DNA of 17,225 bases, taken from assembly GCA_964426185.1 (NCBI GenBank), contig CAYRPF010000020.1, positions 16,920 through 34,144 on the forward strand, read 5' to 3'. Below are positions 1-8,426 of this stretch, one piece after another. The DNA is from an uncultured archaeon. Lineage in GTDB: Archaea; Asgardarchaeota; Lokiarchaeia; Sigyniarchaeales; Promethearchaeaceae. Position 1 is the stretch's first letter. Each line of letters starts with the position of its first letter. A model generated the notes under the pieces. That model had not been told where the DNA came from. It did no database searches and worked only from the letters and a program-made list of their open reading frames with translations. A program made the translations under genes and the position numbers.

Positions 1-7
1 TTGTGGC

Positions 8-30
8 GTTTTTACTTTTTAAGTAAAAAC
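8..30. repeat. Perfect 10-bp inverted repeat with 3-nt spacer (possible operator or hairpin)
   Basis: GTTTTTACTT (8-17), TTT spacer, AAGTAAAAAC (21-30), followed by a T-rich tract. The repeat is seen directly; its function is unknown. Confidence 0.45.
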
Positions 31-279
31 TTTTGTGTTTTTCTTAAAAAGCGTCAATTAAGATATTGGTGGTTTAATAAATTGAAAAACGCTCGTACTC
101 TTTGTTCTTTTAATCGAATATTAATTTCGCTTCATGAAATTCTTCGTGTTTATGTAATTTGTTAATAAAAATAAATCCAAATTTTCAAATCCGAAGAATA
201 ATTGAGATATTAAAGGTAACCGAAGAAGTATTATTCATCAATTAATAATTCAGCCCAATTGTTGAAACTATTCATAAAG

Positions 280-284
280 AGGAG
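280..284 (+). promoter_or_regulatory. Shine-Dalgarno-like site for uvrB
   Basis: AGGAG ending 12 nt upstream of the ATG at 297. Confidence 0.5.
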
Positions 285-296
285 ACTTTCAAAACC

Positions 297-2480
297 ATGG
301 TTAATTTTAAATTAGTGTCGGATTTTACCCCTAAAGGCGATCAACCATCTGCGATAAAGGAATTAGTGGATGGAATTCGTAATGGAAAAAGATTTCAGAC
401 ACTTTTAGGTGCGACTGGAACTGGAAAAACTTATACTATGGCACAAGTGATTTCTCAAACTAATCTTCCTACTTTGGTAACCGCTCCAAATAAATTACTC
501 GCAGCTCAACTATATCAAGAATTTAAAGAATTTTTCCCTCATAACGCAGTTCATTATTATATTTCATATTTTGATTATTATCAACCAGAGGCATATTTAC
601 CTCAATTGGGAAAATATATCGAAAAAGATAGTAGTGTAAACGAAGAAATAATGAAATATCGTTTAGCAACTACACATTCTTTGTTAACTCGTCAAGATGT
701 TATTGCAATTGCATCAGTTTCGAGCATCTACGGAATTGGAAATCCGAATGAGTGGGCCCGAAAATCATTTGTCATCGAAAAGGGTATGGAAATTACTCGA
801 AACGAACTGATGTTGAAATTGATTTCTATTCAATATGAAAGAAACGATATAGATTTTACCAACGGAAAAATACGTGTCCGTGGTGATACTGTTGATATTT
901 TTCCAGGATACTTAGACAGTTTTTATCGAGTGAGTTTTTTTGGTGATGAAATCGAATCCATCACTGAAATGGAACCATTAACAAATAAAATACTCCAAGA
1001 AGTCTCAAATTTAAAGATATTTCCTACTCGTGAATATGTCGCAGCGGAAGAAATTATTGATGATATTACAAAAGAAATTGAAGAAGAATTAGAAGAACGA
1101 ATAAAATTCTTTAAGAAAAATAAGAAATGGGCAGAAGCTCAGCGTCTTGAAGAGCGTACTCGTTATGATATCGAAATGTTGCGGGAAATAGGGTATTGTA
1201 AAGGAATTGAGAATTATTCGCGATATTTAGATAGAAGAAAACCTGGAGAACAACCAGCATGCCTTTATGATTATTTTCCAGAAGAATTCTTACTTATTAT
1301 TGATGAATCACATATCGCAATTCCCCAGATTAAAGGAATGATTAAAGGAGATCAATCTCGAAAGCAAAGTTTGGTTGATTATGGATTTAGATTACCCAGT
1401 GCATTAGATAATCGTCCTTTAAGATTTGAAGAATGGGAAAAGAAATTAAGCTATGTTATTTGTACAAGCGCAACTCCTGGACCATATGAATTGAAACGAA
1501 GCAAAAATGTATGGGTAGATCAAGTTATACGCCCAACAGGCTTGGTAGATCCTTTGGTAGAAGTTCGCCCAGTAAAAAATCAAATAGATGATTTATTAGC
1601 AGAAATTCGAGCCGAAATTCAGCATGGAAACCGAGTATTAATAACGACTCTTACAAAACGGATGGCAGAGAATATTGCTGATTATTATAGCGAAATTGGG
1701 ATTAAAATCGAATATCTTCATTCAGATATAGATACCGTTGAGCGAATGAATTTAATCCGAAATTTACGTGCGGGCGTATTTGATGTAGTTGTGGGAATTA
1801 ACCTTCTACGAGAAGGATTAGATCTCCCTGAAGTAGGTTTGGTAGCAATTCTAGATGGAGACAAAGAAGGTTTTTTGAGGGATACACGTTCATTAATTCA
1901 AACTATTGGTCGGGCTTCTCGAAATGCAGAAGGACGTGCCATAATTTATGCAGATAAATTTACAAAATCCATTAAAAATGCAATTGAAGAAACTAATAGG
2001 AGACGAAACAAGCAACTTTTATATAATAAAAAACACGGCATTACCCCGCAAACCATTCATAAACGAGTTCAAGAAGCTTTGGCGGAAACACCACAAGACG
2101 GAAAGCAACGACATTCGAGGAAAGCATTTAGCGAAATTTTACAAAAAACATTACAAAAAAATGCATCCGAAGAAGAGATCTTACAAGATTTGGAACGATC
2201 TATGCTTGAAGCAGCAAAAGATTTGGAATTTGAGGTTGCAGCTATATTAAGGGATGTCATTCGCGAAGTAAAAAGTAATAGAATCAAAAGTTCAGAAATT
2301 TCTCAAGTTTTAAACAGTAAATTGGCAAAAATTAACACCCAATTTAAAGATCCACAATACAATAATAAATCTGAGGAAGATTTTCCGGAATTTTATTTAC
2401 TCGGAACAACTGAACATGTTACCAAACGTGAAAATCGAAAAATAGTATTAAAAAAAATGAAACGCTCAAATGAAACTTAA
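297..2480 (+). CDS. uvrB: Excinuclease ABC subunit B (UvrB)
   Basis: PKGDQP, Walker A GATGTGKT, beta-hairpin SYFDYYQPEAY, GYCKGIENYSR, DESH, GFRLPSALDNRPL, SATPG, GINLLREGLDLPEV, QTIGRASRN and the C-terminal UVR domain (MLEAAKDLEFEVAAILRD). Confidence 0.99.
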   Translation: MVNFKLVSDFTPKGDQPSAIKELVDGIRNGKRFQTLLGATGTGKTYTMAQVISQTNLPTLVTAPNKLLAAQLYQEFKEFFPHNAVHYYISYFDYYQPEAYLPQLGKYIEKDSSVNEEIMKYRLATTHSLLTRQDVIAIASVSSIYGIGNPNEWARKSFVIEKGMEITRNELMLKLISIQYERNDIDFTNGKIRVRGDTVDIFPGYLDSFYRVSFFGDEIESITEMEPLTNKILQEVSNLKIFPTREYVAAEEIIDDITKEIEEELEERIKFFKKNKKWAEAQRLEERTRYDIEMLREIGYCKGIENYSRYLDRRKPGEQPACLYDYFPEEFLLIIDESHIAIPQIKGMIKGDQSRKQSLVDYGFRLPSALDNRPLRFEEWEKKLSYVICTSATPGPYELKRSKNVWVDQVIRPTGLVDPLVEVRPVKNQIDDLLAEIRAEIQHGNRVLITTLTKRMAENIADYYSEIGIKIEYLHSDIDTVERMNLIRNLRAGVFDVVVGINLLREGLDLPEVGLVAILDGDKEGFLRDTRSLIQTIGRASRNAEGRAIIYADKFTKSIKNAIEETNRRRNKQLLYNKKHGITPQTIHKRVQEALAETPQDGKQRHSRKAFSEILQKTLQKNASEEEILQDLERSMLEAAKDLEFEVAAILRDVIREVKSNRIKSSEISQVLNSKLAKINTQFKDPQYNNKSEEDFPEFYLLGTTEHVTKRENRKIVLKKMKRSNET

Positions 2481-2500
2481 ATCAACCAAAATCAAATAAC

Positions 2501-2505
2501 AGGAG
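2501..2505 (+). promoter_or_regulatory. Shine-Dalgarno-like site for uvrA
   Basis: AGGAG ending 9 nt upstream of the ATG at 2515, within the 34-nt uvrB-uvrA gap. Confidence 0.55.
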
Positions 2506-2514
2506 TTTCATAAT

Positions 2515-5500
2515 ATGTCAAAAGATGCAATTATTATCAAAGGAGCACGTCAGAATAACTTAAAAAACATCGATGTTACCATTCCTAGAAATAAGCTAGT
2601 TGTGTTTAGTGGATTAAGTGGATCAGGAAAAACATCCTTAGCTATTGATACAATATATGCTGAAGGGCAGCGCCGATATTTGGAATCTCTCAATACTTAT
2701 GCAAGACAATTCCTCGGTGTTATGGATAAACCTGATTTAGATCATATCGAAGGTTTGAGCCCTTCTATAGCCATAGAACAACGAGCTGTTAGCAAAAATC
2801 CACGTAGTACCGTGGGAACTGTTACTGAAATTTATGACTTTCTTCGATTACTATTTGCAAATATTGGAATTCCCCACTGTCCTCAATGTGGAAAAGAAAT
2901 TACTCCCTTAACCACTCAAGAAATTACAAAAAACATTCTACAAAATTTAGAGCCACATACCAAATTTCGCGTATTAGCCCCTATTGTCCAAAGAAGAAAA
3001 GGAGAATATTCTGCTGTTTTTAAACAATTAAAGAAAGAGGGATTTGTGCGCGTAATCGTCGACGAGTTAGAATATCAATTAGATGAAGTAATTGAATTAG
3101 ATAAAAATAAATTCCACGATATTGATGTAGTTATCGATCGCTTAATTTTAAAAGAAACTAATGAATTTCGGACACGCTTGGCAGATGCTATCGAACAAGC
3201 ATCTCGTCTCACCGAAGGTTTAGTGAAAATTGCAGTTGTTGAGGGTGAAACAAAAATATATTCGGAGCACCTCTTTTGCCCCAATGACCAACTTTCAATT
3301 CCTGCTTTAACACCTCAACTTTTTTCATTTAACACTCCCCTTGGATTATGCACCGCTTGCAATGGACTGGGTATTTCAAAAGAATTTACCGAAGAACGTC
3401 TTTTTCCAGATAAAACTAAATCAATATATGAAAGTAATTTACGAAAAATTGGAGGTTTTGGAAAGGTTGATTCTTATACGTGGCGTTTAATTGAAAATGT
3501 AGCCTCTATTTATAAAGTTGACTTATCTAATCCAATCGATAAACTCCCGAAAAATGTATGGGAAATATTGTTATATGGTTCAGGTGACGAGTTAATTGAT
3601 TTCAGCATTGAATCAAATAGAATTGATGAAAATGGAAACGATCGGGAATTTAAATATGTAGTTAGTCGCCCATTTGAAGGTATTATCAATACTTTACAAC
3701 GCCGATACCACCAAACAAACTCTGAATTCAGCCGGGAATATTACGAAAAATGGATGGATGAGCGTATTTGTGGAGTATGTCATGGACAAAGATTAAGACC
3801 TGAAGCATTGGCAGTAACCATTCATGGAAAAAATATTGCAGAAGTTTCAGCTTTAACAGTTGATAGCGCACTCAAATTTTTAGAAGATGTAAAAAGAAAA
3901 GCATCTAAGAGAGAGATGGAAATTGTCCACGACGTATTTAAGGAATTGATTAGTCGTTATTCATTCTTGTTAAATGTCGGTTTACATTATATTACAATGA
4001 ATCGAAGTAGTAGCACCCTTTCTGGAGGAGAATCGGAGAGGGTTAGGCTTGCAACTCAGATCGGTTCTAATTTGGTTGGTGTATTGTATGTATTGGATGA
4101 ACCTTCAATTGGACTTCATCCTCGCGATAAATTCAAACTTATCAATATGTTGAAAACATTGAGAGATAAAGGTAATTCGATTTTAGTAGTAGAGCATGAT
4201 GAAGATATAATTCGAAATTCGGATTTTTTGGTAGATTTAGGTCCAGGGGCAGGAATTCACGGAGGAGAAATTGTAGTTGCGGATTATTTAGAAAATGCAT
4301 TACAACATCCGACTTCATTAACCGCCCAATATCTACGTGGAGAAAAATTCATCCCTACTCCAGGCTTTCGTAGGACAAAAATTACTCAGTGGATTATTAT
4401 TCACGGCGCCAGAGCCAATAATCTTAAAAATATCACAGTGAAAATACCCTTAGGTGTACTTACTGTAATTACTGGAGTTAGTGGAGCGGGAAAATCTTCT
4501 ATAATCATGGAAACACTTTATAAAGGATTGAAACGTATTAAAAATCCAGATTCGAGATTAATTCCAGGAGAATATAATAAAATTGAAGGCGCAGAAACGA
4601 TTGACAAAATTATTCACATTGATCAATCTCCAATCGGAAGAACTCCACGATCTGTTCCAGCAACCTATACAAAAGTTTTCGATCTAATACGTAATATTTT
4701 TGGAGCCACTAAAGAAGCAAAAATCCGGGGTTATGATAAAGGACGCTTCAGTTTTAATCTTAAACACGGTCGTTGTGAAAAATGCAAAGGGTCAGGCTAT
4801 AACTTGATCGAAATGCAGTTTCTACCTCCTGTATATATTCGTTGTGATGTCTGCAAAGGTAAACGCTATAATGCAGAAACTTTAGAGGTTAAGTTTAAAG
4901 GCAAAAACATAGCAGATATTTTAGAGATGTCTCATGAAGAAGCGTATGAATTTTTTGCAAATTTTCCCAAAATTCGTTCTATATTAAAAACTGTGATAGA
5001 TGTTGGATTAGAATATATTAAGCTTGGGCAATCATCCACCACTTTATCTGGAGGAGAAGCCCAAAGGGTGAAATTATCCCGCGAATTGAGCAAGCTCAGC
5101 ACTGGTAATACACTGTACATCTTAGATGAACCTACTACGGGTTTGCATTTTCATGACACCTTACAATTAATACATGTTTTGCAGGAAATTGTAGATAAGG
5201 GAAATACTGTAATAGTTATAGAACATAATATGGATGTTATCAAATCTGCAGATTACATCATTGATATGGGCCCAGAAGGGGGAGATGAAGGGGGTAGAGT
5301 AGTCGCAACAGGAACACCAGAAGAAATTGCCGAATCTCCAAAATCTTATACTGGTAAATATCTAAAAATGGTTCTTGATAAAGACAAAAATAATAATTTC
5401 ATCAGTTACTATGAACATCGAAAAGATTTACCCCACCCTATTGATTTTACTAATGGAAAAATATTGAAGAAATCGAAAAAGAAATCATCAGCTCAAAAAT

Positions 5501-5607
5501 CACGATCACTCCCCAAAAAAGAAAAATCTTCTGCAAAAAAGAAGAAACAATTAAAAAAAACTGCAGTTAAATCAGCACAGCAGAAAAAGACTAGATGTAT
5601 CCCTTAA
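2515..5607 (+). CDS. uvrA: Excinuclease ABC subunit A (UvrA) with Lys-rich C-terminal extension
   Basis: GARQNNLKNI, two Walker A motifs (GLSGSGKT, GVSGAGKS), two ABC signatures (LSGGE), Walker B motifs (YVLDEPS, YILDEPT), AEGQRRYLESL, and Zn ligands CPQC, CTAC, CGVC, CEKC, CDVC. Confidence 0.99.
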   Translation: MSKDAIIIKGARQNNLKNIDVTIPRNKLVVFSGLSGSGKTSLAIDTIYAEGQRRYLESLNTYARQFLGVMDKPDLDHIEGLSPSIAIEQRAVSKNPRSTVGTVTEIYDFLRLLFANIGIPHCPQCGKEITPLTTQEITKNILQNLEPHTKFRVLAPIVQRRKGEYSAVFKQLKKEGFVRVIVDELEYQLDEVIELDKNKFHDIDVVIDRLILKETNEFRTRLADAIEQASRLTEGLVKIAVVEGETKIYSEHLFCPNDQLSIPALTPQLFSFNTPLGLCTACNGLGISKEFTEERLFPDKTKSIYESNLRKIGGFGKVDSYTWRLIENVASIYKVDLSNPIDKLPKNVWEILLYGSGDELIDFSIESNRIDENGNDREFKYVVSRPFEGIINTLQRRYHQTNSEFSREYYEKWMDERICGVCHGQRLRPEALAVTIHGKNIAEVSALTVDSALKFLEDVKRKASKREMEIVHDVFKELISRYSFLLNVGLHYITMNRSSSTLSGGESERVRLATQIGSNLVGVLYVLDEPSIGLHPRDKFKLINMLKTLRDKGNSILVVEHDEDIIRNSDFLVDLGPGAGIHGGEIVVADYLENALQHPTSLTAQYLRGEKFIPTPGFRRTKITQWIIIHGARANNLKNITVKIPLGVLTVITGVSGAGKSSIIMETLYKGLKRIKNPDSRLIPGEYNKIEGAETIDKIIHIDQSPIGRTPRSVPATYTKVFDLIRNIFGATKEAKIRGYDKGRFSFNLKHGRCEKCKGSGYNLIEMQFLPPVYIRCDVCKGKRYNAETLEVKFKGKNIADILEMSHEEAYEFFANFPKIRSILKTVIDVGLEYIKLGQSSTTLSGGEAQRVKLSRELSKLSTGNTLYILDEPTTGLHFHDTLQLIHVLQEIVDKGNTVIVIEHNMDVIKSADYIIDMGPEGGDEGGRVVATGTPEEIAESPKSYTGKYLKMVLDKDKNNNFISYYEHRKDLPHPIDFTNGKILKKSKKKSSAQKSRSLPKKEKSSAKKKKQLKKTAVKSAQQKKTRCIP

Positions 5608-5619
5608 TGATAAGGTTTT

Positions 5620-5904
5620 TCAACCTCCGCCCACTTTGGGAAAAAAGGATAAAAAGCAATCTTCATTGATGATAGTTTTAATTCCATTGAATCCTTGGAT
5701 GTTCCTTCCATCAAGAAGAATGTTATAATCATCATTAAGGGAAACATCTCCATGAAGGAAAATACTGTTAGCTGGAATACCATCTTTAGTTTTAAACAGA
5801 AAAAAGAGTTCAATCACCCGTATCGGATGTTCAACTTGAAGGATGATTTCTTCACCGAAAATTGTTTGTAAATTAGCAAAAAAAGAAAGGGTGATTTTTA
5901 TCAT
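5620..5904 (-). CDS. MoaD/ThiS/SAMP family ubiquitin-like sulfur carrier
   Basis: 94 aa with beta-grasp pattern (I-x-L-x-FFANL...ILLDGRNI...G..T) and C-terminal FFPKVGGG diglycine. It lies 22 nt downstream of the AOR gene. Confidence 0.9.
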   Translation of the reverse strand: MIKITLSFFANLQTIFGEEIILQVEHPIRVIELFFLFKTKDGIPANSIFLHGDVSLNDDYNILLDGRNIQGFNGIKTIINEDCFLSFFPKVGGG

Positions 5905-5926
5905 TTGGACAACCTTATTTAAATTT

Positions 5927-8392
5927 TCAGTGATTTTCTGAAAGTTTACGCGATGCTTCTTCTATTTTTTCTTTCAAACGACGAGTAGCTTGAGCAGGAT
6001 TCGCTGATCGTGTAATTGCACCACCTACAATTAAAATATCCGCACCCGTAGCCACCGCTTTGGGAATTGTTTCTGCATTTAATCCCCCAGCTACTGCTAC
6101 TGGAATTTTAATCGATTCTTTCAATTTCTTCAAAGTTGGGTAAGGTACTTTATCAAAACCCGATCGAAGCTGGGTATCGATTCCAATGTGTAGTCCAATA
6201 TAATCAACACCTAATTTCTCCAATTCAATTGCTCTTTCGATGGGATTCAATACTCCAATTAAATCAGCATGGATTTTAATCCCGAATTTCTTTCCCGCTC
6301 CTACTGCATCAATAATCGTACTATCAGGTGCAATACCTAATATACATACAATATCAGCTCCAGCAAGATAAGCCATTTCGGATTCTAAGAATCCTGTATC
6401 CATGGTTTTCAAATCGCATACAATTGTTTTATGGGGGTATAATTCCCGAATTTTCCGTACTATGTCCATACCAACCGACTTCACCAACGGAGTGCCACAT
6501 TCTATCCAATCAACACCTCCTTCTACAGCACTCTTCGCAATTTTAAGTGCTTCATCCATATCACGTAAATCAAGAGCAACTTGTAACTTTGCAGAAGTAT
6601 GAAGTGGTTTTATCCCAAGTTCTTCGAGTTTTCTATCAGAAGGACTTCCATCATCTTCCCAACCTCGGAGACGGTAAAATTCTGTCAACAAACGTTCATT
6701 ATCCACCACTTGACCCTTTGCTGGACCTTCTGGAAGGGTTTCAGTCAAAAATCGTTTGGGTAGTTGATCATCATCTCGGGTTAATCCTTCCCGATAATTG
6801 AACAAACGTTCAAGGTTGTATATACGTTCTCCAATCTTTTTGAATTCGGTTGAATCAATGAAAAATCCAGTTGCTGTGGTAAGCATTTTAGCATATATAT
6901 CCACTTCACATTTTAAGGTAGAAAATACAGCCATTGAAGTAAATTTGCACCATTCTGCCGAATCCAACACTGCAAAAACATCTTGCATTTCTTTTACCAA
7001 AGCTGCTTTTCCCTCTTCCGCCAAAGGATCAACATAATGTGGAGTACTTAATATTTCTTGAATAACGGTATAGGCTTTAAGATGGGTAGCGCCTGTATTT
7101 GAAGTAGCGTAACTCAAAGCCATTCCTTTAATCCCACGGGGATCATAGGCCGGCATTTCCAATCCTTTAATATGACAAGCGAAATCTTCAGAATTTTGAC
7201 CTATTTGAGCAGCAGCAGCACGAACTCCTTGTGATAATAATGCACCTACACCTTGTTTTAAAGCAATGTTATCGATCAACTTAAGAAATCCATCAACCTC
7301 ACCAAAATGTGGAGCATCGGATACTAAACCGCGTTCACCACATTCCATATACCAGGCAATAGCGTTTCCGGTTGAGATAGTATCTAGTCCATAACGGTTG
7401 CATTTTTCGCTAGCTTTAAAAATAACATTAAGATCACCAATTCCACAGTTTGGACCCAAAGCCCATAATGATTCATATTCTAAGTGGGCAGCAATGTCTC
7501 CAAATTTAAAGGAACGACCACATCCAATGGGGCACCCTTGGCAAGGAACTTGTTTTATTAATAATTCACGCAAAGTTTCTCCAGCAATTGCACGAACATC
7601 ATTAAAAATACCTTCTTGGAAATTCTTGACTGGAAGTACTCCAGATTTATTCACAGCAGTTGTTAGTATAGGTGTTCCATATAACCCTAACCCTGTACCC
7701 GTAACTGGATGCCCTTTTAAGGTATCTAAGAATTTTTTAGAAATTTTCTTAAAAGCAAATTCATTTACAGGCTTTATACGTTGAGTTCCTTTAATAACAA
7801 TAGCTTTGAGGTTTTTTGATCCCCAAATCGCTCCGACACCGCCTCTTCCTGCAAAACGAGCATCGTTCATCACACAAGCAAATTTATTCAATTTTTCACC
7901 TGCAATTCCAATGCAAGCCACTGAATGACGATCATATTTTTCTTTCAATGATTTTTGAGTTTCGTAGGTATCTTTGCCCCAAAACTCAGTAGCATCCAAG
8001 ATTTCAACTATAGAATCTTGAATATGAATCAAACAAGGTTTATCAGCCTTACCCTCGATTATTATACCATCATATCCAGATTTCTTCAACTGTATTCCCA
8101 GAGAACCTCCACAATGAGAATCATTTAGAGTATTTTGAGTCAAAGGGCTTTTAAATACCATAGCCCAACGAGATGAAGTTGGGGAAATTGTACCGGTCAT
8201 AGGGCCGGTCATCAATGCGATTTTATTGGCAGAAGATAAAGGATCAATCTTTGGTGGAAGTTCATCATATAAAATTTTAACTCCCAAGCCACGTCCACCA
8301 AGATACTGCTGCACGATTTCAAAATCCAATGATTCTTCTTTCACGCTCTTAGTATCTAAATTTATTCGAAGAATCTTGTTTGCATAAGTCAT
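5927..8392 (-). CDS. Fusion: aldehyde:ferredoxin oxidoreductase (AOR family, about aa 1-595) + 3-hexulose-6-phosphate synthase (HxlA/HPS, about aa 602-821)
   Basis: AOR motifs: KILRINL, YLGGRGLG, KSPLT, GRGGVGAIWGSKNLKAI, CxxCxxxC (CQGCPIGC), EYES, GLDTIS, KGLEMPAYDPRG, GATH, fourth Cys (DSAEWCKF), YRLRGW. HPS motifs: KLQVALD, WIECGTPLVKSVG, DLKTMDTG, AGADIV, HIGIDTQ, VAVAGG, IVGGAIT. Start placed at ATG 8392 (MTYANKIL) rather than 8488, which would overlap the upstream gene. Confidence 0.93.
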   Translation of the reverse strand: MTYANKILRINLDTKSVKEESLDFEIVQQYLGGRGLGVKILYDELPPKIDPLSSANKIALMTGPMTGTISPTSSRWAMVFKSPLTQNTLNDSHCGGSLGIQLKKSGYDGIIIEGKADKPCLIHIQDSIVEILDATEFWGKDTYETQKSLKEKYDRHSVACIGIAGEKLNKFACVMNDARFAGRGGVGAIWGSKNLKAIVIKGTQRIKPVNEFAFKKISKKFLDTLKGHPVTGTGLGLYGTPILTTAVNKSGVLPVKNFQEGIFNDVRAIAGETLRELLIKQVPCQGCPIGCGRSFKFGDIAAHLEYESLWALGPNCGIGDLNVIFKASEKCNRYGLDTISTGNAIAWYMECGERGLVSDAPHFGEVDGFLKLIDNIALKQGVGALLSQGVRAAAAQIGQNSEDFACHIKGLEMPAYDPRGIKGMALSYATSNTGATHLKAYTVIQEILSTPHYVDPLAEEGKAALVKEMQDVFAVLDSAEWCKFTSMAVFSTLKCEVDIYAKMLTTATGFFIDSTEFKKIGERIYNLERLFNYREGLTRDDDQLPKRFLTETLPEGPAKGQVVDNERLLTEFYRLRGWEDDGSPSDRKLEELGIKPLHTSAKLQVALDLRDMDEALKIAKSAVEGGVDWIECGTPLVKSVGMDIVRKIRELYPHKTIVCDLKTMDTGFLESEMAYLAGADIVCILGIAPDSTIIDAVGAGKKFGIKIHADLIGVLNPIERAIELEKLGVDYIGLHIGIDTQLRSGFDKVPYPTLKKLKESIKIPVAVAGGLNAETIPKAVATGADILIVGGAITRSANPAQATRRLKEKIEEASRKLSENH

Positions 8393-8426
8393 AGTACGTA
8401 AAGTTAGCTTGTTAGATTTTTTAAAA

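Noticed and set aside
1-165. Stop-free + frame at the window start (54 codons)
   Set aside because: It has no recognisable motifs and contains the inverted repeat, so it cannot be supported as the end of a real gene.
5593-5607. UvrA C-terminal RCIP as a CaaX prenylation motif
   Set aside because: The Cys is third from the end, not fourth.
5620-5622. TGA stop of the MoaD-like gene as a selenocysteine codon
   Set aside because: The stop falls exactly after the diglycine motif, as expected for a true terminus.
1948-5813. Short alternative ORFs overlapping uvrB, uvrA and the MoaD-like gene (1948-2250, 2069-2287, 3075-3284, 4932-5120, 5604-5813)
   Set aside because: They are shadow frames of well-supported genes with no motifs.
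5927-6589. C-terminal domain as OMP decarboxylase or 3-keto-L-gulonate-6-P decarboxylase (UlaD)
   Set aside because: GTPLVK, DLKTMDTG, HIGIDTQ and VAVAGG fit HPS. The PyrF DxKxxDIxxT and UlaD HRSRD patterns are absent.
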